The position numbers and the translations under genes were made by a program. Under the pieces are notes generated by a model. That model was given only the letters and a program-made list of their open reading frames with translations, was not told the DNA's origin and did no database searches. A stretch of 64,000 bases of DNA from an uncultured Clostridia bacterium (GTDB lineage Bacteria; Bacillota; Clostridia; TANB77; CAG-508): assembly GCA_934169775.1 (NCBI GenBank), contig CAKPOI010000004.1:13853-77852 (forward strand). The letters run 5' to 3'. Positions 9,326-18,323 of the stretch are shown here, one piece after another (positions within the stretch are counted from its first letter, which is position 1; each line of letters begins with the position of its first letter).

Positions 9326-10831
9326 TTGAGAAAAGCAAAAATTTTTATAATAAATGGTATAATTTTAACATCATCTTCACTTTTGATACGTGGAGTAAGT
9401 CTTATTTTTAGTATATATGTTGCGAATAAAGTTGGTCAGGAAGCAATTGGAATTTTTAGCTTAGTTATGTCTGTTTATAGTTTTGCAATTACATTTGCAA
9501 CTTCTGGAATTGGCCTTGCGTGTACATGTATAGTATCTGATGAGTTTGCTAAAAATAATTATGAAAAAGGTCTTAAATCTGTAAAAGTGTGCATATTTCA
9601 TGCTTTGATTCTTGGCATTTTTGCAAGTCTTGCTCTTATTTTTATTGCCCCTGTGGTTTCTGGAAATTGGTTAAAAGGTAGTGTTTCTAATATGCCTATT
9701 TATTCGATTTCGTTAGGATTGCCTCTTATTAGTGTGTCTGCTGTTATTAATGGATATCTTACAAGTATTGGAAAATCATATAAATGTGCTGTTGCTCAAT
9801 GTCTTGAATTAACTGTAAAAATCGTTGCTACTTTTTTCTTGCTTAATTTTTCTATTTCTAAAGGAATTGATGCAATTTGTACTAGCTTAATTATTGGTGA
9901 TGTTATTTCAGAAGTTTTTTCTTTTTCTTTAAATTTACTTTTTTATTTTTTAGAAAAGAGAAAATTTCGTTTTTCTCGTGGATCTTATGAAGATTTGAAT
10001 AAAAGAATTTTTAAAATATCTTTTCCTGTTGCAATAACTTCTTACATTCGTTCTGGCTTGTCTTCTTTAAAGCAATTTTTGATTCCTGCTCGACTTCAGG
10101 CTTCAGGACTTAATTATTCCTTGGCTATTTCTAAATATGGCTTGATTAATGGTATGGTTATGCCTGTTGTTATGTTTTCTAGTTTTTTTATTAACTCTTT
10201 TAGTAGTTTGCTTATTCCTGAATATGCTAGATTGCTGTCTGGTAAGAATTTTAATAGAATGAAAACTGTTTGCTATAAGATTTTTTATGTTACTTTTGCT
10301 TTTTCTTTTTTAGTTGCTTCTATATTTTTGTTTTTTGCGAATGAGCTTAGTTTAATGATTTATAAGAACTTGGAAATTGCTTCTTTTTTAAGAGTGTTTT
10401 CTTTTTTGATTGTTTTTATGTATATTGATAATATTATTGATGGTATTTTAAAAGGCATTGGTAAACAGTTTGGTAGTATGACTATAAATATTTGTGATTT
10501 AGTAATCACTATTTTAATTATATTTTTTGTTGTTCCTAAATTTAGTATAACTGGTTATGTGCTTAGTATTTTTATTAGTGAGATTTTTAACTTTTTTGCT
10601 AGTTTTATTTTACTAAAAAAGAGTATTAATTTTAAATTTGAATTTCTGTCTTTCTGTATAAAACCTTTTATGGCTAGCTTGTTTGCCTTTTTGGTTGTTA
10701 AACTTTTTTCTATTTCTTTTGATAATTTTTATATTTCTTCTATTTTTAGAATTGTCTTTTTTGCTATTGTTTATGTCCTTGTAGTGCTTTTGGGGACGGA
10801 GTTAAAAAGCATCATTAAAGATCAAAAATGA
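9326..10831 (+). CDS. spoVB: MOP/MurJ-superfamily flippase, stage V sporulation protein B-like
   Basis: 501-aa polytopic membrane ORF with TTG start. The N-terminal region GIILTSSSLLIRGVSLIFSIYVANKVGQEAIGIFSLVMSVYSFAITFATSGIGLA is typical of SpoVB/polysaccharide-biosynthesis (MATE-like) proteins. Confidence 0.75.
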   Translation: MRKAKIFIINGIILTSSSLLIRGVSLIFSIYVANKVGQEAIGIFSLVMSVYSFAITFATSGIGLACTCIVSDEFAKNNYEKGLKSVKVCIFHALILGIFASLALIFIAPVVSGNWLKGSVSNMPIYSISLGLPLISVSAVINGYLTSIGKSYKCAVAQCLELTVKIVATFFLLNFSISKGIDAICTSLIIGDVISEVFSFSLNLLFYFLEKRKFRFSRGSYEDLNKRIFKISFPVAITSYIRSGLSSLKQFLIPARLQASGLNYSLAISKYGLINGMVMPVVMFSSFFINSFSSLLIPEYARLLSGKNFNRMKTVCYKIFYVTFAFSFLVASIFLFFANELSLMIYKNLEIASFLRVFSFLIVFMYIDNIIDGILKGIGKQFGSMTINICDLVITILIIFFVVPKFSITGYVLSIFISEIFNFFASFILLKKSINFKFEFLSFCIKPFMASLFAFLVVKLFSISFDNFYISSIFRIVFFAIVYVLVVLLGTELKSIIKDQK

Positions 10832-10840
10832 AGTTTGATG

Positions 10841-10924
10841 TTTTTTGAGTCCGGCCCCAAAAGTATTAAAATTTTAATGAATTTGAAATTGAGTAGTTGA
10901 TGATTATTTTTGCTCCGTCCACAA
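10841..10924 (+). repeat. two copies of the GC-rich TCCG-N-CCCCAAAAG hairpin motif (dispersed intergenic repeat family)
   Basis: ttttttgagtccggccccaaaag (10841-10863) and tttttgctccgtccacaa (10907-10924). Related copies occur at 28734-28785, 36271-36335, 39145-39166 and 42978-43040. Confidence 0.7.
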
Positions 10925-11001
10925 TTCATTACCTATTGATTTTATTGTTGTTTTATTTTATAATTACCTTGTAGAGATTTATGTGGAAAGGAGGTTGTTT
11001 T

Positions 11002-11718
11002 ATGCAAAATTATGACGAAAATATTAATCAAAATAATGAAGAATATAATAATGTAATTATTGATAAGAGTACTGAAAATAAAATTTTTGGTAAGACTTTT
11101 TTTTGGATGTTCTTGGGACTTTTGGGTAGTGCTATTGTTGCCGCTTATACTTATTATTCTGGACTTATAGTAAATATTGTTGTAGGTGGTTCTTGGGGTG
11201 CTCTTTTAGTTTTGGAACTTGCAGTTGTTATTATTTTTAGCTTATGCTTTAGAAAGCTTTCTCCTACTGCTGTTGGCATCTTGTATTTTCTGTATTCAAT
11301 GATTAATGGTGTAACTTTATGTACGATTTTTGCTGTTTATGAATTGAATTCTATTATTTCTTTGTTTGTTGTGTCTGCTTTGATTTTTGCCGCTTTAGGT
11401 TACATTGGATATAAAACAGATAAAGATTTGAGTAGTTGGGGCACTTACATTACTGTATTTTTGATTGCTGGTCTTATTCTTAGTATTTTAAATTTGTTTA
11501 TCTTTAAAAGTACTGGTCTTGATCTTATTTTGGATTGGATTATTCTTGCAGTATTTTTTGGTGTTACTGTTTATGATACTAATAAGATTAAAGTTTTAGA
11601 AAATGACCCTAGTATTGATACTAATAAAGTTCATATTTATTGCGCTATGCAATTATATTTAGATTTTATTAATATCTTTTTACGTATTCTTTCTATTTTT
11701 GGAAAGAGAAGAGATTAA
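11002..11718 (+). CDS. Bax inhibitor-1/YccA family membrane protein
   Basis: Seven-TM ORF ending ..VYDTNKIK..IYCAMQLYLDFINIFLRILSIFGKRRD (BI-1 signature tail). I place the start at ATG 11002, preceded by AAAGGAGG 7 nt upstream, rather than the track start 10981. Confidence 0.85.
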   Translation: MQNYDENINQNNEEYNNVIIDKSTENKIFGKTFFWMFLGLLGSAIVAAYTYYSGLIVNIVVGGSWGALLVLELAVVIIFSLCFRKLSPTAVGILYFLYSMINGVTLCTIFAVYELNSIISLFVVSALIFAALGYIGYKTDKDLSSWGTYITVFLIAGLILSILNLFIFKSTGLDLILDWIILAVFFGVTVYDTNKIKVLENDPSIDTNKVHIYCAMQLYLDFINIFLRILSIFGKRRD

Positions 11719-11769
11719 AATTTCTTGATTAAGGATAAGCTAAAAATAATAGTAAACAATGATTAGTTG

Positions 11770-11800
11770 TAGAGTAGGTTTTGCAGCCTACTCTATTTTT
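11770..11800 (+). terminator. intrinsic terminator after the BI-1 gene
   Basis: tagagtagg-ttttgcag-cctactcta followed by ttttt. Confidence 0.65.
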
Positions 11801-11811
11801 AGAGTTGTTTT

Positions 11812-12109
11812 TTATTTTATCAGTAATATTTTTTTCATTTCAATTATATCGTAAAATGGAATATTAATTCCTTTTTTAGCTAGTTTTATAACGTTCATTG
11901 AAGTTTCTATGATTTCTTTTTTTAAAGTTTCAGTTATTTCTACATCCTGCATTTTATTTTGGTATTTACTTTCTATATATTTTTCAGTTGTTGGAAAAAT
12001 ATTTTGTATTAGAAATGCTTTTTCCTTCCCTAATACTTTTCCGAAAACAAAGTTATAAACTTTGTTTTTAACTTTTTTCTTATTTTCATATATTGTTTTA
12101 TACTTTCAT
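11812..12109 (-). pseudogene. ~98-aa hypothetical ORF with an apparent 1-nt frameshift directly after its start codon
   Basis: Minus strand has GAGGT, 5 nt, then ATG AAA GTA TAA. Removing one A gives an open frame MKYKTIYENKKKVKNKVYNFVFGKVLGKEKAFLIQNIFPTTEKYIESKYQNKMQDVEITETLKKEIIETSMNVIKLAKKGINIPFYDIIEMKKILLIK to the stop at 11812. The span is 298 nt, i.e. 99 codons plus 1. No family recognised. Confidence 0.35.
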
Positions 12110-12121
12110 TTTTACCTCATT

Positions 12122-12299
12122 TCTAACAAAAAATCCACCTTCGAAAAGGTAGATTTTTTAACATTTGTCCACCTACGCATTTATTTGTCGCAAGTAGGGT
12201 TGCGAGTAACATTTGTACACCTATGCACTTGTACCCCGCAAATAGGGTTGCGGCTAACATTTGATTTGGACAAGATACTAATCATGTATCTTTATTATT
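12122..12299 (-). ncRNA. candidate structured RNA (riboswitch-like leader or sRNA) built from tandem 48-nt pseudoknot-like units and ending in an intrinsic terminator
   Basis: A near-consensus promoter lies upstream. The RNA has a 5' hairpin (12292-12272), units at 12254-12207 and 12206-12159 plus a partial unit at 12271-12255, and a terminator AAAAAAUCUACC-loop-GGUGGAUUUUUU (12159-12128). Details are in the findings. Confidence 0.45.
12159..12271. repeat. 2.3 tandem copies of a 48-nt unit
   Basis: + strand taacatttgtccacctacgcatttatttgtcgcaagtagggttgcgag / taacatttgtacacctatgcacttgtaccccgcaaatagggttgcggc / taacatttgatttggac. The period is exactly 48 nt. Confidence 0.85.
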
Positions 12300-12305
12300 A
12301 TATTC

Positions 12306-12335
12306 ATTATAACCTTTTTTATTACTGAAAGTCAA
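12306..12335 (-). promoter_or_regulatory. near-consensus sigma-A promoter driving the structured RNA
   Basis: Minus strand TTGACT (12335-12330), 18-nt spacer, TATAAT (12311-12306). Confidence 0.55.
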
Positions 12336-12424
12336 TATGTTTCTTCTATTTTCTCACGATAAAATATTAATAATTAGTGTAAAATGGTTTCGCAATATAT
12401 AAAATAAATTATCGACACTAATTT

Positions 12425-12919
12425 TTATATTTCTTTTACACCATCATCTATAAGATAACACATTTCTTCATGTGCTGAAATGTTATCATTAATTTTATTA
12501 ACATCTAATTTTATGTATTTAATTGTTCCATTAGCCAAAAGATTTCCTTGTAAATCCAATATTGAAGATTCAACTGTAAAAAATTTTGAATTTTCTTTTA
12601 CTAGTATCCCTTTTCCTATTAAATCTTGTTTATATGGAACTGGTTTTCTGTATTTTGTATCTAATGATATTGTAACTCCAAATTCTTCTTCATTTTGTTT
12701 TTTAGCCCAAAGAGCACGTAGTCCCATTTCATCCAACATTGCTGTTATTAGTCCTCCATGTACTCTTCCTGGATAACTTTGATGTTCTTCTCTATATTGG
12801 AATTTTGTCATTACACTTCCATCTTCCATGTTATAGAATGGTGCTCTTAAACCATACTTGTTGTCTAATCCGCATATTATGCACATTTTACTGTTTCTTT
12901 GTTTGCTTATTACTTTCAT
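12425..12919 (-). CDS. PaaI-family hotdog-fold thioesterase
   Basis: 164-aa ORF with N-terminal Cys pair (CIICG) and the YPGRVHGGLITAMLDE motif typical of PaaI/4HBT thioesterases. Confidence 0.82.
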   Translation of the reverse strand: MKVISKQRNSKMCIICGLDNKYGLRAPFYNMEDGSVMTKFQYREEHQSYPGRVHGGLITAMLDEMGLRALWAKKQNEEEFGVTISLDTKYRKPVPYKQDLIGKGILVKENSKFFTVESSILDLQGNLLANGTIKYIKLDVNKINDNISAHEEMCYLIDDGVKEI

Positions 12920-12950
12920 TTTTATTTTTCTCCTTTTTGGAATTTCAAAT

Positions 12951-14009
12951 TTATTTTTCTATTTTTCCTCCGCCAATAACAATATCATCAATATAAAATA
13001 CTGCTGATTGTCCAGGTGTAATTGCTCTTTGTGGTTCATCAAATACTACTTTTATTGTGTCATCTGATTTTTGATTTATTTTAGCTTTTGCCATTTTTGA
13101 TGAGTATCTTGTTTTTACATCTACTTCGATTGGTTGTTCTATTTTGTCAAATAATAATAAATTTATATCTTTTACTAAGATTTCTTTTTTGTATAGCTCG
13201 CTTTCTTCTCCAACTATTACTTGATTTTTTAATGGGTTAAATCCTATTACAAATAGTGGAACTTTGTATGATATGCCTAAGCCTTTTCTTTGGCCTATTG
13301 TATATTTATATAATCCTGTATGTTTGCCTAGTATTTCTCCTTTTGTGTTTACTATGTTTCCTGTTTTTGGTTTTAAATCTGAATTATTTTCTAAAAACTT
13401 TTTATAGTTTCCATCTGGCACAAAACATATATCTTCACTGTCAGGTTTATTTGCTACTTTTAAATTGTTTTTTCTTGCTATTTTTCTTATTTGTTCTTTA
13501 TCTTCAAAGTCTGCAAGTGGGAATAATACATGTTCTATTAATTCTTTTGGAATATTCCATAATACATAGCTTTGGTCTTTTTTTCCTGCTTTTGATTTTT
13601 TTAATACCCATCTTCCATATTTTTCGCTATATTCTGTTTTAGCATAATGCCCTGTTGCTATATAGTTACAGTCTAGTTCTTTTGCTTTTTCCCACATGTA
13701 TCCAAATTTCATATACTTATTGCATTCTATACATGGATTTGGTGTTTGGCAATTTGAATAACATTCTATAAAATCTTGTATAACATGTTTTCTAAATTGT
13801 TCTTTGCAATCATATGTAAAATGTGGTATTCCTATGGATTTGCATACATTTTTTGCGTCTATATATGTGTTTATATTACAACAACTGCTTCCTGCAAATA
13901 GTTCTAATGTCATTCCTATTGGCTCATATCCATTTTCTTTTAATAGTAATGCTGATACACTGCTGTCTACTCCTCCACTCATTCCTAATAATACTTTTTT
14001 GTTTTTCAT
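12951..14009 (-). CDS. mnmA: tRNA 2-thiouridine(34) synthase MnmA
   Basis: PP-loop VLLGMSGGVDSSVSALLL plus catalytic Cys regions. The track ORF starts at 14030. I prefer ATG 14009 (MKNKKVLLG), preceded by AAGGG. The start is ambiguous. Confidence 0.9.
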   Translation of the reverse strand: MKNKKVLLGMSGGVDSSVSALLLKENGYEPIGMTLELFAGSSCCNINTYIDAKNVCKSIGIPHFTYDCKEQFRKHVIQDFIECYSNCQTPNPCIECNKYMKFGYMWEKAKELDCNYIATGHYAKTEYSEKYGRWVLKKSKAGKKDQSYVLWNIPKELIEHVLFPLADFEDKEQIRKIARKNNLKVANKPDSEDICFVPDGNYKKFLENNSDLKPKTGNIVNTKGEILGKHTGLYKYTIGQRKGLGISYKVPLFVIGFNPLKNQVIVGEESELYKKEILVKDINLLLFDKIEQPIEVDVKTRYSSKMAKAKINQKSDDTIKVVFDEPQRAITPGQSAVFYIDDIVIGGGKIEK

Positions 14010-14033
14010 TTTTTTACCCTTTTCTTTCATTTT

Positions 14034-14501
14034 TTAATGGCAGCAATCTATATTTCCGCTTCCTGTTTCAACTTCTTTATTTAACATATCTTCTAATGTG
14101 TGCCATGCAAGTAATGCACATTTTACTCTTGCTGGCATATTAGATACATTTCTAAATGCAATTGCATCTTCTAATTTTTTTAGTTGTTCTTCATCAGTTG
14201 TCTCTCTTTTTATCATTTCTATAAATGTTTTTATTATTTCTTTGGCTTGTTCTATTGTTTTACCTCTTAATGTGTCTATCATTATAGAGGTTGATGCTTG
14301 TGATATTGCACATCCGTGTCCTAAAAATGCCATGTCTTCAATAATATTGTCTTTTACTTTTAGTTCTAATGTTATTTCGTCTCCACAGTTTGGATTATGT
14401 CCTACTTCACAGTAATTTGCATCTTCTAACTTTTTCTTGTTATATGAATTCATACTGTGTTCCATTATTAAGTCATTATATACTTCTGTTAAATCTTCCA
14501 C
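14034..14501 (-). CDS. sufU: SUF-system Fe-S cluster scaffold SufU (NifU/IscU-like)
   Basis: 155-aa ORF with NPNCGDEITL, GHGCAISQASTS and ARVKCALLAWHT motifs, downstream of sufS. Confidence 0.9.
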   Translation of the reverse strand: MEDLTEVYNDLIMEHSMNSYNKKKLEDANYCEVGHNPNCGDEITLELKVKDNIIEDMAFLGHGCAISQASTSIMIDTLRGKTIEQAKEIIKTFIEMIKRETTDEEQLKKLEDAIAFRNVSNMPARVKCALLAWHTLEDMLNKEVETGSGNIDCCH

Positions 14502-14565
14502 TATTCTTCTTCCTTCCTTTTGATTTTCTTGTTAATTGCTTTTTTCTATTTTTGAAAATTAATGT

Positions 14566-15789
14566 TTAATTTGTTTTTATAAATTTTTCAAACATCTTAT
14601 AAGCCTTATTTAAAGCAGAAACTAGCCTGTCTACATCTTCTTTAGTATTGTAAAAATAGAAACTTGCTCTACATGTAGAATCAATTCCTAAGAATCTCAT
14701 TAATGGCTGTGCACAGTGATTTCCAGAACGTACACAAACATTTTCTGAGTCAAGTATACTTGCTACATCATGTGGGTGTACTCCTTTTATATTAAATGAT
14801 ATTACACTTGAATGGTTTTGAGCATTTGGTGTTAGATATAATGTTAAATATTTTAGTTTTGAAAGTTCTTGTCTTGCATACGAAATTATTTCATTTTCTT
14901 TTTCTTGTATTTTATCATATCCTATTTTTTTAATATAATCAATTGCTGCTCCTAATCCTATTACTCCTTCAACATTTTGTGTTCCGGCTTCAAATTTGTT
15001 TGGCAATGGTGCAAATGTAGTTTCTTGTTCATAAACATATTCTATCATATCCCCACCCATTAAAAATGGTGTCATATTGTTTAGTATTTCTCTTTTTCCA
15101 TATAATACACCTATTCCAAGTGGTGCTAGCATTTTGTGCCCTGAAAATACTAAAAAGTCTGCATCTAATTCTTGTACATCAATTTTCATGTGTGGTATGC
15201 TTTGTGAGGCATCAACAATTACTATTGCTCCTTTTTTGTGTGCATATTTTATTATCTTTTTTACATTATTTATTGTTCCTAATACATTTGATACATGTGT
15301 TATTCCTACTATTTTTGTTTTGTCTGTTATTTTGCTTTCTATTTCTTCATCAGATATTTCATAGTTTTCGTTTATATACATATAGTTTAGTTTGCTTCCT
15401 GTTGCTTTTGTTACTTTTTGCCATGGTACTAAATTTGAATGGTGTTCCATTATTGAGATTACTACTTCATCATCTTTTTTTAGGTTGTCCATTCCATATG
15501 AATATGCTATTAAATTTAAACTTTCTGTTGCATTTTTAGAAAATATTATTTCTTCTCTGTGTTTTGCATTTATAAATTCTGCTATTTTTGTTCTTGTGTT
15601 TTCATATTGTTCTGTTGCTTCTATACTTAATGAATATGCTCCTCTATGTGGATTTGCATTGCTGTTTTCATAATATTTTTTTATTGCTTCTATTACTTCT
15701 TTTGGTTTTTGGGTTGTTGCTCCACTGTCTAAATATGCTATATCTCTATTTTCTAATAATGGAAAATCTTTTTTTATTTCTTCTATCAT
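14566..15789 (-). CDS. sufS: cysteine desulfurase SufS
   Basis: 407-aa class V aminotransferase. PLP-lysine region FLVFSGHKMLAPLGIGVLYG and catalytic RSGNHCAQPL. Confidence 0.93.
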   Translation of the reverse strand: MIEEIKKDFPLLENRDIAYLDSGATTQKPKEVIEAIKKYYENSNANPHRGAYSLSIEATEQYENTRTKIAEFINAKHREEIIFSKNATESLNLIAYSYGMDNLKKDDEVVISIMEHHSNLVPWQKVTKATGSKLNYMYINENYEISDEEIESKITDKTKIVGITHVSNVLGTINNVKKIIKYAHKKGAIVIVDASQSIPHMKIDVQELDADFLVFSGHKMLAPLGIGVLYGKREILNNMTPFLMGGDMIEYVYEQETTFAPLPNKFEAGTQNVEGVIGLGAAIDYIKKIGYDKIQEKENEIISYARQELSKLKYLTLYLTPNAQNHSSVISFNIKGVHPHDVASILDSENVCVRSGNHCAQPLMRFLGIDSTCRASFYFYNTKEDVDRLVSALNKAYKMFEKFIKTN

Positions 15790-15807
15790 TTAAAATCCCT
15801 TTCTTTT

Positions 15808-16899
15808 TTAATCTAGCCTTTTATCAATTTCATTTAAGATTTCATTTTTTAAATTTTCATCAGAAATTCTTTCAATAATCTTATTAAATTTAGATTTTAC
15901 AATCAATTTAACTGCTTCTTTATAGCTAATACCTCTAGTCATAATATAGAATAATTGTTTTTCATCGACTTTGCCAGATGCTGTTGAATGATTTCCTTCT
16001 ACATCTTCCTCTGTGCACAAAAGCATTGGTAGTGCTATTGATTTTGCTTTATTTGATAAAAGCATACAATATTCGTTTTCATTTCCTTTTGCTTTTTTTG
16101 CACCTTTTTTAAAATCAATTGTTCCCTTAAAATTCTTTTTCGCTTCGTCTTTTAATGCTCCTTGAACATCTATATCAATATTTGTTTTTTCTCCTTTTAG
16201 CTCTGCAATATAATTTAAGTCTTTCTTTTGGTTATTAATTCCTAAATAAATTGATTTTAAATCATTTTGTGCATTTTCTCCTATTATGTTTGAATAATAA
16301 TTAGATACACTTGTTTTTGCTCCAATATCTATAATTGTGTAATTTACTTTTGAGTTTTTTTCTAATTTGTTTTCTATTGCTTCAAAATTATTAGATTCTT
16401 CATTTAATAAATTTACAATTGTTACATTTAGTTGTGCATTTTCTTTTGCTATTGTTCTTATTATTCCATTATGAAAGCACTTTTCTGATGTTTTGGATTT
16501 GTATTCAATAATTACATTTGTGTTTCCATTTGCTATTATTTCTATTTGATTTATTAAGTTTAAATTGTTGTTGTCAAAATCATATATTATTTTTATAGTT
16601 TCTTTTTTTGTACTTGTTTGTATTTTTATTTTACTGTTTGCTGTTTCATAATTTAATTCTTCTACTATTTTTCCTATTCCATAAGTTAGTGGTTCAGTTG
16701 ATGTATTGTTTTCAATTTTTGTGTCTAAATCTTCTTTTGTTTGTGATGCATCTTTTTCTGTATTGCTTGTTTCTTTAATGATTTGAACATTTTTAAATTC
16801 AGCAATTTTCTCTGGCATTTCAAGTTCTACTTCTATATTATTAATTAGAAAATTTCTTGATGTTCTTACTGGTGTTTCATTTATTCTTAATTTTTCCAT
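15808..16899 (-). CDS. sufD: Fe-S cluster assembly protein SufD
   Basis: 363-aa ORF between sufB and sufS. The C-terminal ..EEDVEGNHSTASGKVDEKQLFYIMTRGISYKEAVKLIV is typical of SufB/SufD beta-helix proteins. Confidence 0.85.
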   Translation of the reverse strand: MEKLRINETPVRTSRNFLINNIEVELEMPEKIAEFKNVQIIKETSNTEKDASQTKEDLDTKIENNTSTEPLTYGIGKIVEELNYETANSKIKIQTSTKKETIKIIYDFDNNNLNLINQIEIIANGNTNVIIEYKSKTSEKCFHNGIIRTIAKENAQLNVTIVNLLNEESNNFEAIENKLEKNSKVNYTIIDIGAKTSVSNYYSNIIGENAQNDLKSIYLGINNQKKDLNYIAELKGEKTNIDIDVQGALKDEAKKNFKGTIDFKKGAKKAKGNENEYCMLLSNKAKSIALPMLLCTEEDVEGNHSTASGKVDEKQLFYIMTRGISYKEAVKLIVKSKFNKIIERISDENLKNEILNEIDKRLD

Positions 16900-18299
16900 T
16901 ATCCAATTGCCCCCTCTAATTCTAAATTTATTAAATTGTTCATTTCTACTGCATATTCAACTGGTAGCTCTTTAGAAATAGGATATGCAAATCCTCTAAC
17001 AATCATTGCTTTGGCATCTTCTTCTGATAATCCTCTGCTCATTAAATAAAATATTGTTTTGTCACTTATTTTTCCTATTTTTGCTTCGTGCGAAAATTGT
17101 ACTTCATCTGTTCTTATGTCATTTACTGGTATTGTGTCAGATCTAGATATGTCATCTAACATAAGTGATTCACAGCTTACACTGCATTTTGAATTTTTGG
17201 CACTTTCATTTATTCTAACTAGTGCTCTATATGTGCAAGCTCCTCCGTCTTTTGATATTGATTTAGAGTTTACTACAGATGATGTGTTTGGTGCATTATG
17301 GATTACTTTAAATCCTGTGTCTAAATTTTGTCCTCCTCCTGCAAATGTGATTCCTGTATATTCTGTTTTTGCTCCTTCTCCATTTAATATGCTCATTGGG
17401 TATAACATTGAGATTTTTGAGCCAAATGATCCTGTTACCCAGTCTATTTGTGCATTTTTTCCTACTATTGCTTTTTTTGTATTTAAGTTCATCATATTTT
17501 TTGACCAGTTTTCTATTGTTGAATATCTTAAATATGCATCATCTTTTACATATAGTTCTACACATCCTGCATGTAAGTTTACTTTATTATATTTTGGTGC
17601 TGAACATCCTTCTATAAAATGTAAGCTTGCTCCTTCGTCTACTATTATTAGTGTGTGTTCAAATTGGCCTGATTCTGGTGAGTTTAGTCTAAAATATGAT
17701 TGCAATGGTATGTCCAATTTTACTCCTTTTGGTATATACACAAATGATCCTCCTGACCATACTGCTGCATGTAATGCTACAAATTTGTGGTCATTTATTG
17801 GTACACATTTCATAAAATGTTCTTTTACTATTTCTGGATATTCTTTTACAGCTGATTCCATATCTGTGTATATTACGCCTTGTTTTATTAGATCTTCTTT
17901 CATGCTGTGATATACTACTTCTGAATCATATTGTGCTCCTACTCCTGCTAGTGATTTCTTTTCTGCTTCTGGTATTCCTAGTCTATCAAATGTGTTTTTT
18001 ATGTCTTCTGGTACATCTTCCCAGTCTGAGTTTAGTTGTGTTTTTGGTTTTACATATGTTGCTATTTCGTCCATTTTTAGTTCTGATAAATCTGGTCCCC
18101 ATGTTGGCATTTCTAGCTTATTGTATGTTTCTAAGGCTTTTAGCCTTATTTCTAACATCCATTCTGGTTCGTTTTTTTGTTTTGATATTTTTCTTACTAT
18201 TTCTTCATTTAGCCCTTTTTTCATTTTGAATTCATAGTTGTCTTTATCTTTTATATCATAAATATTTCTATTTATTTCTTCTATTTTAGTTTTAGCCAT
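16899..18299 (-). CDS. sufB: Fe-S cluster assembly protein SufB
   Basis: Highly conserved SufB sequence (FEHTLIIVDEGASLHFIEGCSAP, FYLMSRGLSEEDAKAMIV). Start placed at ATG 18299 (MAKTKIEE) behind AAAGGAAAG. The 17 upstream codons in the track ORF lie inside a repeat element. Confidence 0.93.
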   Translation of the reverse strand: MAKTKIEEINRNIYDIKDKDNYEFKMKKGLNEEIVRKISKQKNEPEWMLEIRLKALETYNKLEMPTWGPDLSELKMDEIATYVKPKTQLNSDWEDVPEDIKNTFDRLGIPEAEKKSLAGVGAQYDSEVVYHSMKEDLIKQGVIYTDMESAVKEYPEIVKEHFMKCVPINDHKFVALHAAVWSGGSFVYIPKGVKLDIPLQSYFRLNSPESGQFEHTLIIVDEGASLHFIEGCSAPKYNKVNLHAGCVELYVKDDAYLRYSTIENWSKNMMNLNTKKAIVGKNAQIDWVTGSFGSKISMLYPMSILNGEGAKTEYTGITFAGGGQNLDTGFKVIHNAPNTSSVVNSKSISKDGGACTYRALVRINESAKNSKCSVSCESLMLDDISRSDTIPVNDIRTDEVQFSHEAKIGKISDKTIFYLMSRGLSEEDAKAMIVRGFAYPISKELPVEYAVEMNNLINLELEGAIG

Positions 18300-18323
18300 T
18301 TTCTTCTTTCCTTTCTCAGCTTT

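Noticed and set aside
12098-12109. RF2-like programmed +1 frameshift at GUA UAA A after the mini-ORF ATG AAA GTA TAA.
   Set aside because: The P-site codon GUA cannot re-pair in the +1 frame (UAU). The SD-like element is positioned for initiation, not for frameshift stimulation.
12159-12271. Possible mini-CRISPR array because of repeated ~48-nt spacing.
   Set aside because: The whole 48-nt unit is repeated, including what would be the spacers, so this is a tandem repeat. There are only 2.3 copies and no cas genes in the window.
12062-12328. 88-aa + strand ORF (TTG start) spanning the 12.1-12.3 kb gap.
   Set aside because: Its internal repeat (TFVHL..GLR..TF twice) is simply the tandem 48-nt DNA repeat read in frame. 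It has no RBS and a non-ATG start, and it runs antisense through a promoter/terminator-delimited RNA.
17059-17910. Long + strand ORFs in the track (for example 17059-17910 at 283 aa, 2764-3468, 34486-35088, 1181-1654, 7021-7542).
   Set aside because: They lie antisense to well-supported conserved genes (sufB, recJ, glmM, relA, the pseudopilin-like gene). Their products are L/F/S/I-rich low-complexity strings, as expected from translating the T-rich antisense strand. None has a motif or RBS.
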